Notes under the pieces: generated by a model
What the model saw: the letters and a program-made list of their open reading frames with translations, nothing else
What the model was told of the DNA's origin: nothing
The model's database searches: none
Part shown: positions 27,100-35,502 of the stretch, in pieces
How the letters are laid out: each line of letters begins with the position of its first letter
Position numbering within the stretch: the first letter of the stretch is position 1
Sequence record: NC_105863.1
Origin: a phage
Direction: 5' to 3' (one strand)
DNA: 41,222 nucleotides
Position numbers and translations under genes: made by a program

Positions 27100-29269
27100 A
27101 ACGCTTCATCTCCGCGCCTTCTGCTACAAGAGGGAACCCCTCGGCCCACTCTGGTAATTCGCACATCAATCGTTCCAGTTCTGCGACATTGTATTCTGGT
27201 AAATCTGGTGTCTCGCAGATAATCTCATCGTGAACATGAAGCACAATCGGGTAGCCGTTTGCTTCGACGTTCAGCAGTGCATTAGCCAGCAAATCACGGC
27301 ACAGCGCCTGAGTGCAGTTTTCCACCAGTTTACCAGAGTAGGTGTACTGGAAGCCCCACTGACGGGTTAACTGGTTTTCGCCCTGGTACTTGATGCGCAC
27401 GTTGGTAGACACCCTCCCGTCTTCGTCTGTCTCTTTCGACACGCTTAGCCCAACACCCGGATAAGACATAACGCGGCCCGACGGCAACGTCATCCGCAAC
27501 CACCAACCGGCGACTTTGTTGCCGTTGTTGTCCGTTTCTACGTTGCGCGAAAACTTAACTCCCCGCGGCCCTGCGGTGAACTCTTTGCCCGGATTGCGGA
27601 TAGCTGCCATAGCTGCGTCTTCAATATCCCGCCAGAAAGCTACTGTTTCCGGGTGTGACTCACGCCACATACGCTTGATAGCGTCGCAGGTACGCCACAC
27701 TTTCTTATCAAGAATATAAGATGGTCGGTCATCATTTTCACCTGGACGTGGTGGTCGCTTGGCTTCCTGAATACGCGCCCACTCATATCCACGTGCGGTA
27801 GCAGCCCAGATGTGGTCAGGGAAAGTCCCGTCCATTGTTTTTGCCATATCAACAAGGTCAAGGCCGAGGTTCTTGGCGAACTGTACGAATGCGCCGACAC
27901 CACCCGCGTAGCCAAGTCCAAGTTCACATGCCTTACCAATCTGGCGTAAGTCTTTACGTTCTTTCTTAATGTAATCCGGCTCCATGCCGAACATCTTGCC
28001 TGCGGTTACGCAGTAAATATCCAGCCCGGCACGGAACGTATCAAGCGCGGTTTCTTCGCCAGCCAGCCACGCCAAACCGCGGCCTTCAACGTTCGAGTAG
28101 TCGGCGACGACAAACTTATGTCCGGCTTCCGGGATAATGCAGCTGCGAACCGTAGATGCCGTTAGCTTGGCTACATCAAAACGGCGATGTGCTCGGCCCT
28201 TAAGTAATGCTGAAATACCTTTATCCAGTTCATCATCGTGATAGTACCCACGCGCCAGGTTCTGCGGCTGGAAGCCTTTACCAGCAAATCGTAACGTACG
28301 TTTAGCTCCACCATACTGGATGCAACCGCGACGGCGGTCGTCAGACGAGCGGCCTAACAGCAGCGGGTTATATTTCGTTGACGCAGTGGATGCCACCCCG
28401 AGGCGCATTTCTATAATCGTGCGGGCGTCGTCCGGTAAATCATCGTCAGCAAGCAGGTCGTTAAGCGTAGACTTCTGCGCGTTGTGGATGCGATGCGCAG
28501 GCGCCAGTTCACGCAGAATCGGCAGGAAGTCCTTACCTGTAAGCGAGCCGCCGTATTTACGTCGGGCTTCTTCCTGTAACTGTGCCTTGTGTTTCTCCAC
28601 AGCTTCAATTGCGGCTTCCGCCAGCGCAACGTCGACCTTAAACCCGCGGTCGTTAATTAACTGGTCCAGTTCCAGTACACGGTCTTCGAACTCGGAGTTA
28701 CCCCAACGCGGCAACTTATGGAACACTTCACGCATCGCGGTGATGTCGCTAACGGCGTACTTGATGAACAGCGCCCACTCATCCGGGTGCGTTTCAGCAG
28801 TGTAGCGGCGAATTTTGTAGTTCTTCGGCGTCGGTTTAGAGAAACGCTGAATAAGCGCTTTGCCTCGTTTGTCTTTCGCGTTGTCTGCAGACACGCCAAG
28901 CACTTCGCACAATGCGTCGAGTGAACCCGGCAGCGCGTGACGAAACGCCCAAATCATCGTATCAATGGTGTTGCTTACGGGAATATCAAAACCCCAGCAG
29001 TGCTTCATGATGAGTCTGTCGAACATTGAGCCGTTGTGCCACACCATCTTAATACGGCTGTTTGGTTTCACCAGACGGCGTAACGCGCGGTGCAAATCAC
29101 CCGGCATGTCGCCGCCGTTGGTGCAATCCCATACCTGTACAGGCTCGTCGTCAAAAGCATAGGTACAGATAAGCACTTCGGTAGTCTGGTGTTCGGCATA
29201 AGCGTAGGAACCGACTTTCTTTAAATCGGCTTTGGAGAATGTTTCAAAGTCCAGGTATAAATAGCTCAT
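27089..29269 (-). CDS. DNA polymerase I (family A) with 3'-5' exonuclease domain
   Basis: Exo I motif YLDFETFS; motif A-like DYSNVEGRGLA; motif C HVHDEIICE; ATG 29269 has RBS AAGGAAAAAGAA (ORF track begins at TTG 29323). Confidence 0.9.
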   Translation of the reverse strand: MSYLYLDFETFSKADLKKVGSYAYAEHQTTEVLICTYAFDDEPVQVWDCTNGGDMPGDLHRALRRLVKPNSRIKMVWHNGSMFDRLIMKHCWGFDIPVSNTIDTMIWAFRHALPGSLDALCEVLGVSADNAKDKRGKALIQRFSKPTPKNYKIRRYTAETHPDEWALFIKYAVSDITAMREVFHKLPRWGNSEFEDRVLELDQLINDRGFKVDVALAEAAIEAVEKHKAQLQEEARRKYGGSLTGKDFLPILRELAPAHRIHNAQKSTLNDLLADDDLPDDARTIIEMRLGVASTASTKYNPLLLGRSSDDRRRGCIQYGGAKRTLRFAGKGFQPQNLARGYYHDDELDKGISALLKGRAHRRFDVAKLTASTVRSCIIPEAGHKFVVADYSNVEGRGLAWLAGEETALDTFRAGLDIYCVTAGKMFGMEPDYIKKERKDLRQIGKACELGLGYAGGVGAFVQFAKNLGLDLVDMAKTMDGTFPDHIWAATARGYEWARIQEAKRPPRPGENDDRPSYILDKKVWRTCDAIKRMWRESHPETVAFWRDIEDAAMAAIRNPGKEFTAGPRGVKFSRNVETDNNGNKVAGWWLRMTLPSGRVMSYPGVGLSVSKETDEDGRVSTNVRIKYQGENQLTRQWGFQYTYSGKLVENCTQALCRDLLANALLNVEANGYPIVLHVHDEIICETPDLPEYNVAELERLMCELPEWAEGFPLVAEGAEMKRYAK

Positions 29270-29391
29270 TTCTTTTTCCTTAAATCCAGTGCCTTCGTTT
29301 TGCTGAGTCTTATTTTCATACAATCACGGCAAATCCACACATGCCTGTACCCGGCGCGGTACTCATCCGCGTACCACGGAAGTGGCTTCAT
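29266..29391 (-). CDS. micro-ORF (41 aa) translationally coupled to DNA polymerase
   Basis: MKPLPWYADEYRAGYRHVWICRDCMKIRLSKTKALDLRKKK; its TGA overlaps polymerase ATG (ATGA); below ORF-track cutoff. Confidence 0.25.
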   Translation of the reverse strand: MKPLPWYADEYRAGYRHVWICRDCMKIRLSKTKALDLRKKK

Positions 29392-29431
29392 ATATCGGTA
29401 TACGTGCTTACAGAAAAACATTATTTTCGAC

Positions 29432-29463
29432 CCTTAGTAAAAAGGCCCAATGAAGGGCCTTAG
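29432..29463 (-). terminator. rho-independent terminator on minus strand (AAGGCCCTTCATTGGGCCTTTTT)
   Basis: 7-bp GC stem plus U-run read on minus strand, just downstream of DUF2815-like gene stop (29481). Confidence 0.55.
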
Positions 29464-29480
29464 TTAAATTGATTCAGTTA

Positions 29481-30107
29481 TTAACGGCGACGACGTTCGC
29501 GGCGCGGTGCTTCATCTTCTTCGTCGTCTTCCAGGTCGTTGACGCTTGCAGCGACTTTAGAACCACCGAACGCTTTACCTTCGCCTACGTATTTAATCGC
29601 CAGCAGGTTAACCCCGAGAACTTTATATTTCTGGCTGAACCAGATTTCGACGCTTACGTTAGCGACGCAGCCGCTGTAAACCTGTTCACCTTCAATCTGT
29701 TCGCCGTCTACATTGAAGTCCTGTTCTACCTGAGTCTCGCCTTTTTTAGAGGTTACAATCAGTGGCTGTTTCTGTGCCTTCGCTTTGAAGTAGAAGCCTT
29801 CCGGGAAGTCTTCAAACGGATTGTCACGCTCGGCAATGTCTTTAATCGCGCATTTATCCATGTGCTTTCCTTCGCCGTAGTTGGACTTCATCCACTTCTC
29901 TGCGGCGGCTGCGCCTAACGCTTCTTCAACTACAGCGTAAACAGTGTCGTAGAGCGCATCGATTTGAGCATGGTCAGACGGCAAGATGATAGTCGCGCTG
30001 TACTGGCCTTTAGTGATCGAGCCATCATCGTTTTCACGGTCTTTTTCGCGTTCGAATACGTTAACCCAAGCAGTGTTTACTTTACGCAGATTTAATTTAA
30101 TACCCAT
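29481..30107 (-). CDS. conserved phage replication-module protein (DUF2815-like; possible ssDNA-binding protein)
   Basis: 208 aa with acidic tail DLEDDEEDEA followed by RRERRRR; conserved position between Cas4-like nuclease and DNA polymerase; family assignment from memory. Confidence 0.45.
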   Translation of the reverse strand: MGIKLNLRKVNTAWVNVFEREKDRENDDGSITKGQYSATIILPSDHAQIDALYDTVYAVVEEALGAAAAEKWMKSNYGEGKHMDKCAIKDIAERDNPFEDFPEGFYFKAKAQKQPLIVTSKKGETQVEQDFNVDGEQIEGEQVYSGCVANVSVEIWFSQKYKVLGVNLLAIKYVGEGKAFGGSKVAASVNDLEDDEEDEAPRRERRRR

Positions 30108-30161
30108 CTTAATTTCTCGCTTTTCAGTTTACTCCGGGAAGCTGCCCGGCCAGTGATTAGA

Positions 30162-30190
30162 ACTATAATAGCTAACTATTCAGGTGTCAA
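30162..30190 (-). promoter_or_regulatory. sigma70-like promoter (TTGACA -17- TATAGT) with palindromic CTATAATAG core
   Basis: Consensus -35 and near-consensus -10 on minus strand in the 55-bp gap between nuclease and DUF2815-like genes. Confidence 0.55.
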
Positions 30191-30194
30191 CCCT

Positions 30195-31460
30195 TTATTC
30201 CAAATCTTCTTCACTAACCCGATTCCACTCAGGCCGTTTATCGTCCACCGTTGCAACACATGGCGCACCTGGCTTACGGGTAATAAACGGCTCAAGCGCT
30301 GCCATCTCATCCGCAGAAAGAACTTTTGCTGCCTCCGTAGGGGACATCAATACCTCTTTTTTGAGAATGTCGCCGTGTGACACTTCAATCGCATCGGCAT
30401 CTTTCCACGCACGATTACCCGGGCGACCTTCTACCAGTTTGTACCCTGGCACTTTCTTACCGGAATGCAATGCGGCGGACATCGCTTTCTCAACCTTGTC
30501 GATGTGCTGGCGTAACAGCGGCAACTTCTCATACTCAACTACGAGTTGCTCCGTCGTCAGTTCCAGCACAAAGTCGTCTTCAAGTTCTTCCGCCAGTACA
30601 GAATTAACCGTCTTTGTACGCGCGGCACACTGTTCAGAGAACCGGCACCACTGGCAACCATCGACCGACGGTTTAAAGTCCGACGCTTTCAGGTTCTTCT
30701 TTCCACGGAAATAAGCATCAAGCGCTAACAGTGCCCGTTTCTGTGCGAACTTAGCGAACAGTTCCAGACCTTCGACCGAGATATCCCACTCCGACGCACA
30801 CCCCGCGTACGGCTGGAAGATGACCAGGCGCACTACTGTGATGTTATAACGTCTCTTGAGTCGGCGATAAACACCGAGAGCGTAAAGCATAAGCTGCTTG
30901 TTTTCTTTCGCTTCGACGCGATGCCGTCCTGTTTTCAGGTCACCAATAATGAGCATGTGCTCGTCGGTGTTTGCCAGTTCCTGTACGGCAACAAGGTCAG
31001 CAGTTCCGAACGTTTCAACGCCTTCGTAGCCTGGGTGCAACACCTCAGTAAGATTGACGCGCATTTCCAGCTTAGCGTAAGTCGCTACGTCGATAATCGC
31101 TTTGCAGTAGTCGGTGTACTTGCGCACCTGCTCAATCATGTCCGCCGTAATCAGTACCGCGCCTTTCATTGGGCTGATTAGCGCCTTAATCTGGCCTTTA
31201 CCTTCATCCAGCACGTAAGCGCCGACTTCACGCTCTAATGGCAGAGCAGTGCCTTTGATGTACTGGTTAAGGTGCATCTCCGCTATGGTGTGGCATGCAG
31301 TCCCTGTAACGGCGGCTTTACCAGACGTGTTGGGAATATCTTTCTCACAGGCCAGTGATGCACTGCACGCCAGCCACTTTTTAGCGCCAGACGGCGACAG
31401 TAAGGCGTGCACATCGTTATTGCCGCCGCGTTCCTTTAAAATCATACCCTGCTCTCCCAC
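30195..31460 (-). CDS. PD-(D/E)XK nuclease, Cas4/RecB-like with Fe-S cysteine cluster (DUF2800-like)
   Basis: IIGDLKTG..E.K nuclease core; N-terminal Cys (WLACSASLAC) plus C-terminal CQWCRFSEQC (Cx2Cx5C) as in Cas4/AddB-type 4Fe-4S nucleases; 421 aa. Confidence 0.7.
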   Translation of the reverse strand: MGEQGMILKERGGNNDVHALLSPSGAKKWLACSASLACEKDIPNTSGKAAVTGTACHTIAEMHLNQYIKGTALPLEREVGAYVLDEGKGQIKALISPMKGAVLITADMIEQVRKYTDYCKAIIDVATYAKLEMRVNLTEVLHPGYEGVETFGTADLVAVQELANTDEHMLIIGDLKTGRHRVEAKENKQLMLYALGVYRRLKRRYNITVVRLVIFQPYAGCASEWDISVEGLELFAKFAQKRALLALDAYFRGKKNLKASDFKPSVDGCQWCRFSEQCAARTKTVNSVLAEELEDDFVLELTTEQLVVEYEKLPLLRQHIDKVEKAMSAALHSGKKVPGYKLVEGRPGNRAWKDADAIEVSHGDILKKEVLMSPTEAAKVLSADEMAALEPFITRKPGAPCVATVDDKRPEWNRVSEEDLE

Positions 31461-31714
31461 TGGTCAATTAAATGTCGTGTCTGGTGATGGCAATGCATGG
31501 CCCACCCGTACATCGACTCGAAGACATAAAAGTCAGGTTTGGCGAAAGTCGTGCGCTTAATCTGCGACACGTGACGGCCTATATCTTTAGGCCGTGGTAC
31601 TTTGCCTAAGTACGCCATCTCTTCCATCTGGTGCGAGCCAGACGGCGCACGTAACAGCCATAGCGCCTCTGTGCTATCCCGCCTGTCTACGGCGCGGTAG
31701 AGTTGGTAAATCAT
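31442..31714 (-). CDS. hypothetical protein (90 aa)
   Basis: ORF overlapping nuclease gene start by 19 nt; Cys/His-containing (WAMHCHHQTRH). Confidence 0.4.
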   Translation of the reverse strand: MIYQLYRAVDRRDSTEALWLLRAPSGSHQMEEMAYLGKVPRPKDIGRHVSQIKRTTFAKPDFYVFESMYGWAMHCHHQTRHLIDQWESRV

Positions 31715-31757
31715 AATTCCGACCCTCAGTTAAAGCGGCCCGAAGGCCGCGGGATAG

Positions 31758-32237
31758 TTATTCTTCTTCGAAATACTTGTTCTTGATTGCTGTCAGGCGT
31801 TCCAGGTATTCAGCCAGGTCTTCGTCTTTAATCGCAGCAATCTTCATCTTCTTACCGGTAAACTCTTCCAGCAGTTCGTCAGAATCGTCGCACGCGGCAT
31901 CGCTTGGGCCTTCGTTAATCGCATCGTCGATAGCCTGAATCTGGTCACGAAGAGACTGGTAGTCGACTTCTTCTTTCTCTTCTTTCTCTTCTTCCGGCTC
32001 TGGCGTTGGTTCCTCTACTTTAGCTTTACGCGGCTTGCGTTTGGGCTTCTCTTCTTCTGCCGGTTTAGTGTCAACGACGTCTTCACCTTCTACCGGGATT
32101 TCTTTCGTTACTTCTTTCACAACAGTAGGCTCTATTGTTGCAGTTTCGGCAACGACAACTTGTTTCGCACTGTTCGCAGCAATCAGTTCATGTGCAACTA
32201 CGAAACGTTCCAGTAATACTAAGAATTTCTCTAACAT
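31758..32237 (-). CDS. highly acidic early protein (low-complexity Glu/Pro/Lys-rich)
   Basis: 159 aa; runs such as PEPEEEKEEKEEVD; strong RBS GAGGAG; first gene downstream of promoter 32269-32297. Confidence 0.5.
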   Translation of the reverse strand: MLEKFLVLLERFVVAHELIAANSAKQVVVAETATIEPTVVKEVTKEIPVEGEDVVDTKPAEEEKPKRKPRKAKVEEPTPEPEEEKEEKEEVDYQSLRDQIQAIDDAINEGPSDAACDDSDELLEEFTGKKMKIAAIKDEDLAEYLERLTAIKNKYFEEE

Positions 32238-32268
32238 TATTTATTCTCCTCTCGTTTGGTATGGGCTA

Positions 32269-32297
32269 ACTATAATAGTGAACTATTCACTTGTCAA
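32269..32297 (-). promoter_or_regulatory. sigma70-like promoter (TTGACA -17- TATAGT) with palindromic AACTATAATAGTG core
   Basis: Consensus -35/-10 on minus strand in divergent intergenic region 32238-32361. Confidence 0.55.
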
Positions 32298-32361
32298 TGG
32301 GCTTTTCTAAAATAATTAATATGGTACTATTCACATATCAACTGACTAAGGAGTAATTGAC

Positions 32362-32577
32362 ATGCTACCATCTGAACTAAGCATCCGCGTAGAACAGCGC
32401 CGTAAAGAACTCGGCATCTCCCAGCGCCGTCTGGCGATCCTCACCGGCGTTTCCCAGGGCGCTATTAACCAGCTTGCGCTTGGGGTGACTCAGGACGTCC
32501 GCCCGGCGACGCTGTTTAAACTGGCGGAAGTGCTGGAAGTAGACGCCAAGTGGCTGGCGTTCGGTGAAGGGGCTTAA
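32362..32577 (+). CDS. XRE-family helix-turn-helix transcriptional regulator (Cro/CI-like)
   Basis: 71 aa; HTH signature ELGISQRRLAILTGVSQGAINQL; RBS AAGGAG; only plus-strand gene inside the minus-strand early block. Confidence 0.7.
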   Translation: MLPSELSIRVEQRRKELGISQRRLAILTGVSQGAINQLALGVTQDVRPATLFKLAEVLEVDAKWLAFGEGA

Positions 32578-32593
32578 CGCCCCTTTCTTTTTA
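32566..32593 (+). terminator. rho-independent terminator (AAGGGGCTTAACGCCCCTTTCTTTTT)
   Basis: Hairpin overlapping stop codon of regulator gene, followed by T-run. Confidence 0.6.
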
Positions 32594-32594
32594 C

Positions 32595-34820
32595 CTATTC
32601 CAAATCTTCCTCAGTAACCACTAGCATTTCATTCGGTTCGTATATTGTCTTCGGCCTTAATCTATCCACTATTCTTTCAGGTATACGATATGTTCTCGGT
32701 ACTACTTCGCCATTAACATCGCAGCCTAGCATTAGTTCGCCATCTTTCAGCATTTTATCAAGATGGGTGTTAGTCACAGAAAAGTCACCGGAACGGGCCA
32801 CTATCTGCTGCTGGGTAAAACCGCGACCTGTATCATCTGACTGTTGCAGGTCTTCCAGTGCTGAAAGTATTGACTCCTTCCTTACTTCATCCCTGCCGCG
32901 GTTAACTTTTTCCTTTACTTTTTGTTTACCTTCGTTAGTTAACCCTTCTTCCCGCTCTTTCTCCTCGTCAGTTTTGAACGGCTCGAAGCCCCACGGCATC
33001 AGAACAAGCGCCTTGTGTGGTTCCGGCAGGTCGAGGTTTACGATTGTGCCGTATTCCTCTGTGCTACCGAGGAACTCCACCGCGCGGTACTCTTTCGCTG
33101 GCGGTGCTTCGCGGAACTGTACCGACTCAAGCACCATTCCAACCGTTTTCTGTTGGGGGCCGTGCTTAAATTTCGAGTGGTATACGTTTATCTGACGGTC
33201 GGTTGCACGTTCGATTGTCAGTTCCACGTCGACACCCGCATACAGCGCCCCGCTGCCACGGGCTTTCTTTCCCCCCTTCGGTGTATGGTGAACAACGCCC
33301 ACCGCGGCTTTGGTTGCGTCGCGTACTTCTTTCAGTATGGCGATAACTTTACCCATGCCGATTGTCGTCGACGAACTGTTCTCGTCGAACTTATCAATCG
33401 TCAGGGCCAGCGTCTGGTTAAGGGTGTCGAATGCGACCATACCAATAGGCTCGCCGTTGGCGGTTTCGCGCATCCTGCGGATTAGCGCGGGAATTTTTTT
33501 ATCACCATGCGCCGTGAGTACCTCACCCATGTCGATGACATGCACATAATCTTTACCTTCCCTGCCATATTTAGCCGCGAGTGCGTCAATACGTGTGCGT
33601 GTAGCTGCGCCACCTTCACCGTCGATATAGAAATGGTGGCAACGCTGGGTGTCTGCCCCCGCAAACCGGTACCCGGCGGCGCTAAGGTACATCACCCCCA
33701 GCGTATAGAATGATTTATATGTGCCGGATTCCCCGACGATGTCCCAGATGCAATCCGATGGCATGTACCCTTCAACGACGAAATCAGCCTTTACCGGTTC
33801 AGGTAACTCGTCATCGTCTTCAAGGTCTTCCAGTGTACAAGTTACAGGCTCCTCGTTCTCTGTGCGGTGCAGTTCTTCAATCTCTTCATCCGGTAAATCA
33901 GGCAGAGCCGCACGAATGCTGTTAATACTGATAGGTTGCTTGTCTACGTTAAGCTCGTCCGGAAGGCCGCACATACGCAGGGCCAAATGTTGTCGGCGGT
34001 TAAGCTCAGTGCAAGCGCCGTTGTTTGTGTGCTGGCACACGAAGCGCACCTCTTTACCGTCAAGCATGATGCTGGTGGAGCCTTTGCCTGTATGCAGATG
34101 TTCATTAGGGCATGGCACTTCATACCCTCGGCCGGAAGATAAAGCGTCAAGGCCCAGCTCGGCTTCGCAGAAATGAGCTATATCTGCGTTAAGCCCGTGC
34201 TCATCGGCGGCAAGTGTCTTAGCCTCGCGTTTACGCAGCCCCATCTCTTCGGCTTTCTTGATGTACCGCTCCGCACGGATAACACGCCCTTCTGTAACCG
34301 TTATCTTAGACTCTTTATGTGGCAGGTAGATGAGGCGGTTGCCGTCTTCCGTGCAGTGGTCGCGCAGCGATTCATCTATTTCTAACTCGGCACAAATAGC
34401 ACGTTGCACCATCCACGCGTCGTTAGAGTTAAACGGAGTGCGAGCCGGTACGAGGACGCGGAAAGCGTAATCACCGTTTTTACACGCGTGCTGATGTGAC
34501 GCCGTTGTGTGCAGAATATTGAAGAACGGTGCGTTCTTGAATTTGCGGGTAAGGTCGCGGTACTGAGTACGGTTGAGATGGTCGAAGTCAAACTTAACCA
34601 CACTGTCTTCCAGAATCGCGTTCTTACGGCGACCGCCAACCGGCGCAATAGCTTTCTGCTTAATCTTGGCCGCGTCGTACTCTTCCTTAGTCCATGACGG
34701 GTCTACGGACAGACGCTTCGATGTATCGCAGACATACTCTACAAACTGCTCCAGTGGCATTTCACGGGCTACCGGGTTTTTATCGAATGTGTTACGCAGC
34801 GTTGCAAAAACAATATTCAT
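32595..34820 (-). CDS. DNA primase / replicative helicase-type protein (N-terminal primase-like region, C-terminal RecA-fold ATPase)
   Basis: 741 aa; Walker A GESGTYKS and Walker B-like MVAFD in C-terminal half; central Cys/His cluster CPNEHLH..CQHTNNGAC. Confidence 0.65.
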   Translation of the reverse strand: MNIVFATLRNTFDKNPVAREMPLEQFVEYVCDTSKRLSVDPSWTKEEYDAAKIKQKAIAPVGGRRKNAILEDSVVKFDFDHLNRTQYRDLTRKFKNAPFFNILHTTASHQHACKNGDYAFRVLVPARTPFNSNDAWMVQRAICAELEIDESLRDHCTEDGNRLIYLPHKESKITVTEGRVIRAERYIKKAEEMGLRKREAKTLAADEHGLNADIAHFCEAELGLDALSSGRGYEVPCPNEHLHTGKGSTSIMLDGKEVRFVCQHTNNGACTELNRRQHLALRMCGLPDELNVDKQPISINSIRAALPDLPDEEIEELHRTENEEPVTCTLEDLEDDDELPEPVKADFVVEGYMPSDCIWDIVGESGTYKSFYTLGVMYLSAAGYRFAGADTQRCHHFYIDGEGGAATRTRIDALAAKYGREGKDYVHVIDMGEVLTAHGDKKIPALIRRMRETANGEPIGMVAFDTLNQTLALTIDKFDENSSSTTIGMGKVIAILKEVRDATKAAVGVVHHTPKGGKKARGSGALYAGVDVELTIERATDRQINVYHSKFKHGPQQKTVGMVLESVQFREAPPAKEYRAVEFLGSTEEYGTIVNLDLPEPHKALVLMPWGFEPFKTDEEKEREEGLTNEGKQKVKEKVNRGRDEVRKESILSALEDLQQSDDTGRGFTQQQIVARSGDFSVTNTHLDKMLKDGELMLGCDVNGEVVPRTYRIPERIVDRLRPKTIYEPNEMLVVTEEDLE

Positions 34821-34945
34821 TTCTTTTTCTCCGCACGTTCTAAGGCTTCCTGCATACGGCGCATTGCGCGGTTCATCTTTACCGGTGCGAAGAAATCAGC
34901 GCCATGTTTCTGGCGGCGTAGCTGTGGAACTATTAACTTTGTCAT
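34817..34945 (-). CDS. micro-ORF (42 aa, basic) translationally coupled to primase-helicase
   Basis: MTKLIVPQLRRQKHGADFFAPVKMNRAMRRMQEALERAEKKK; RBS AAGGA; TGA overlaps primase ATG (ATGA). Confidence 0.3.
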   Translation of the reverse strand: MTKLIVPQLRRQKHGADFFAPVKMNRAMRRMQEALERAEKKK

Positions 34946-35013
34946 TGTATAATCCTTGTGCTTACTTTGATGATTTGTACTTTAGCCCCGACGTTCTGGC
35001 GTTGGGGTTTCTT

Positions 35014-35226
35014 TTATTTATCGCCCGCAAACCACGCGTGCGCAGAATCATAGAAACGACATTTACTTAACACGTCTACTGGCATCTTAATAATGCGTGT
35101 AGGTTCCGACAAATGATTAGGCTTACATATTTCTGCATAGAATCCGCTGTCAGTAATTTCTGACGCAAACTTAAACCAGTATTTAACTTTACCGTTTTCA
35201 AAGTAACAACCCATACGTCCAATCAT
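35014..35226 (-). CDS. hypothetical protein (70 aa)
   Basis: ORF with ATGA overlap on upstream HTH gene stop. Confidence 0.4.
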   Translation of the reverse strand: MIGRMGCYFENGKVKYWFKFASEITDSGFYAEICKPNHLSEPTRIIKMPVDVLSKCRFYDSAHAWFAGDK

Positions 35227-35405
35227 TTCACGTTCTCCTTAATCCATGCTTCAACTTTATTACGGTCAAATGTACCTGGTAAACGGCGACCCATAACCTT
35301 AATACAACAATCAGGGAATTTACCACTGCGCAACCAGTTATTAATTGTCTGACGTGTTACCCCAATACGCTCGGCTACTTCATTCTGTGTCATGTAATGT
35401 TGCAT
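35223..35405 (-). CDS. small helix-turn-helix DNA-binding protein (60 aa)
   Basis: MQHYMTQNEVAERIGVTRQTINNWLRSGKF.. is a classic HTH; ATG 35405 has RBS AGGAGA; ORF track start 35519 would run through the promoter, so the shorter form is preferred. Confidence 0.55.
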   Translation of the reverse strand: MQHYMTQNEVAERIGVTRQTINNWLRSGKFPDCCIKVMGRRLPGTFDRNKVEAWIKENVK

Positions 35406-35436
35406 TTCTATATCTCCTGTTTGTTTGGTGAAGCTG

Positions 35437-35465
35437 AGTATAGGATAGCGGGAATGTAAAAGCAA
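35437..35465 (-). promoter_or_regulatory. sigma70-like promoter for leftward early operon (TTGCTT -17- TATACT)
   Basis: Read on minus strand about 30 nt upstream of HTH gene start. Confidence 0.45.
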
Positions 35466-35502
35466 CCAATCCCTGCAATATTTAATCTTTACAAAAAAGT
35501 TA

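Noticed and set aside
26851-27222. 123-aa plus-strand ORF between VRR-NUC and polymerase
   Set aside because: Lies antisense to three tightly ATGA-coupled minus-strand micro-ORFs and the polymerase 3' end; no RBS.
32767-34176. Several plus-strand ORFs (142-156 aa) within the primase-helicase gene
   Set aside because: Antisense to a 741-aa ORF with Walker motifs; Ser/Cys/Arg-rich translations without start context.
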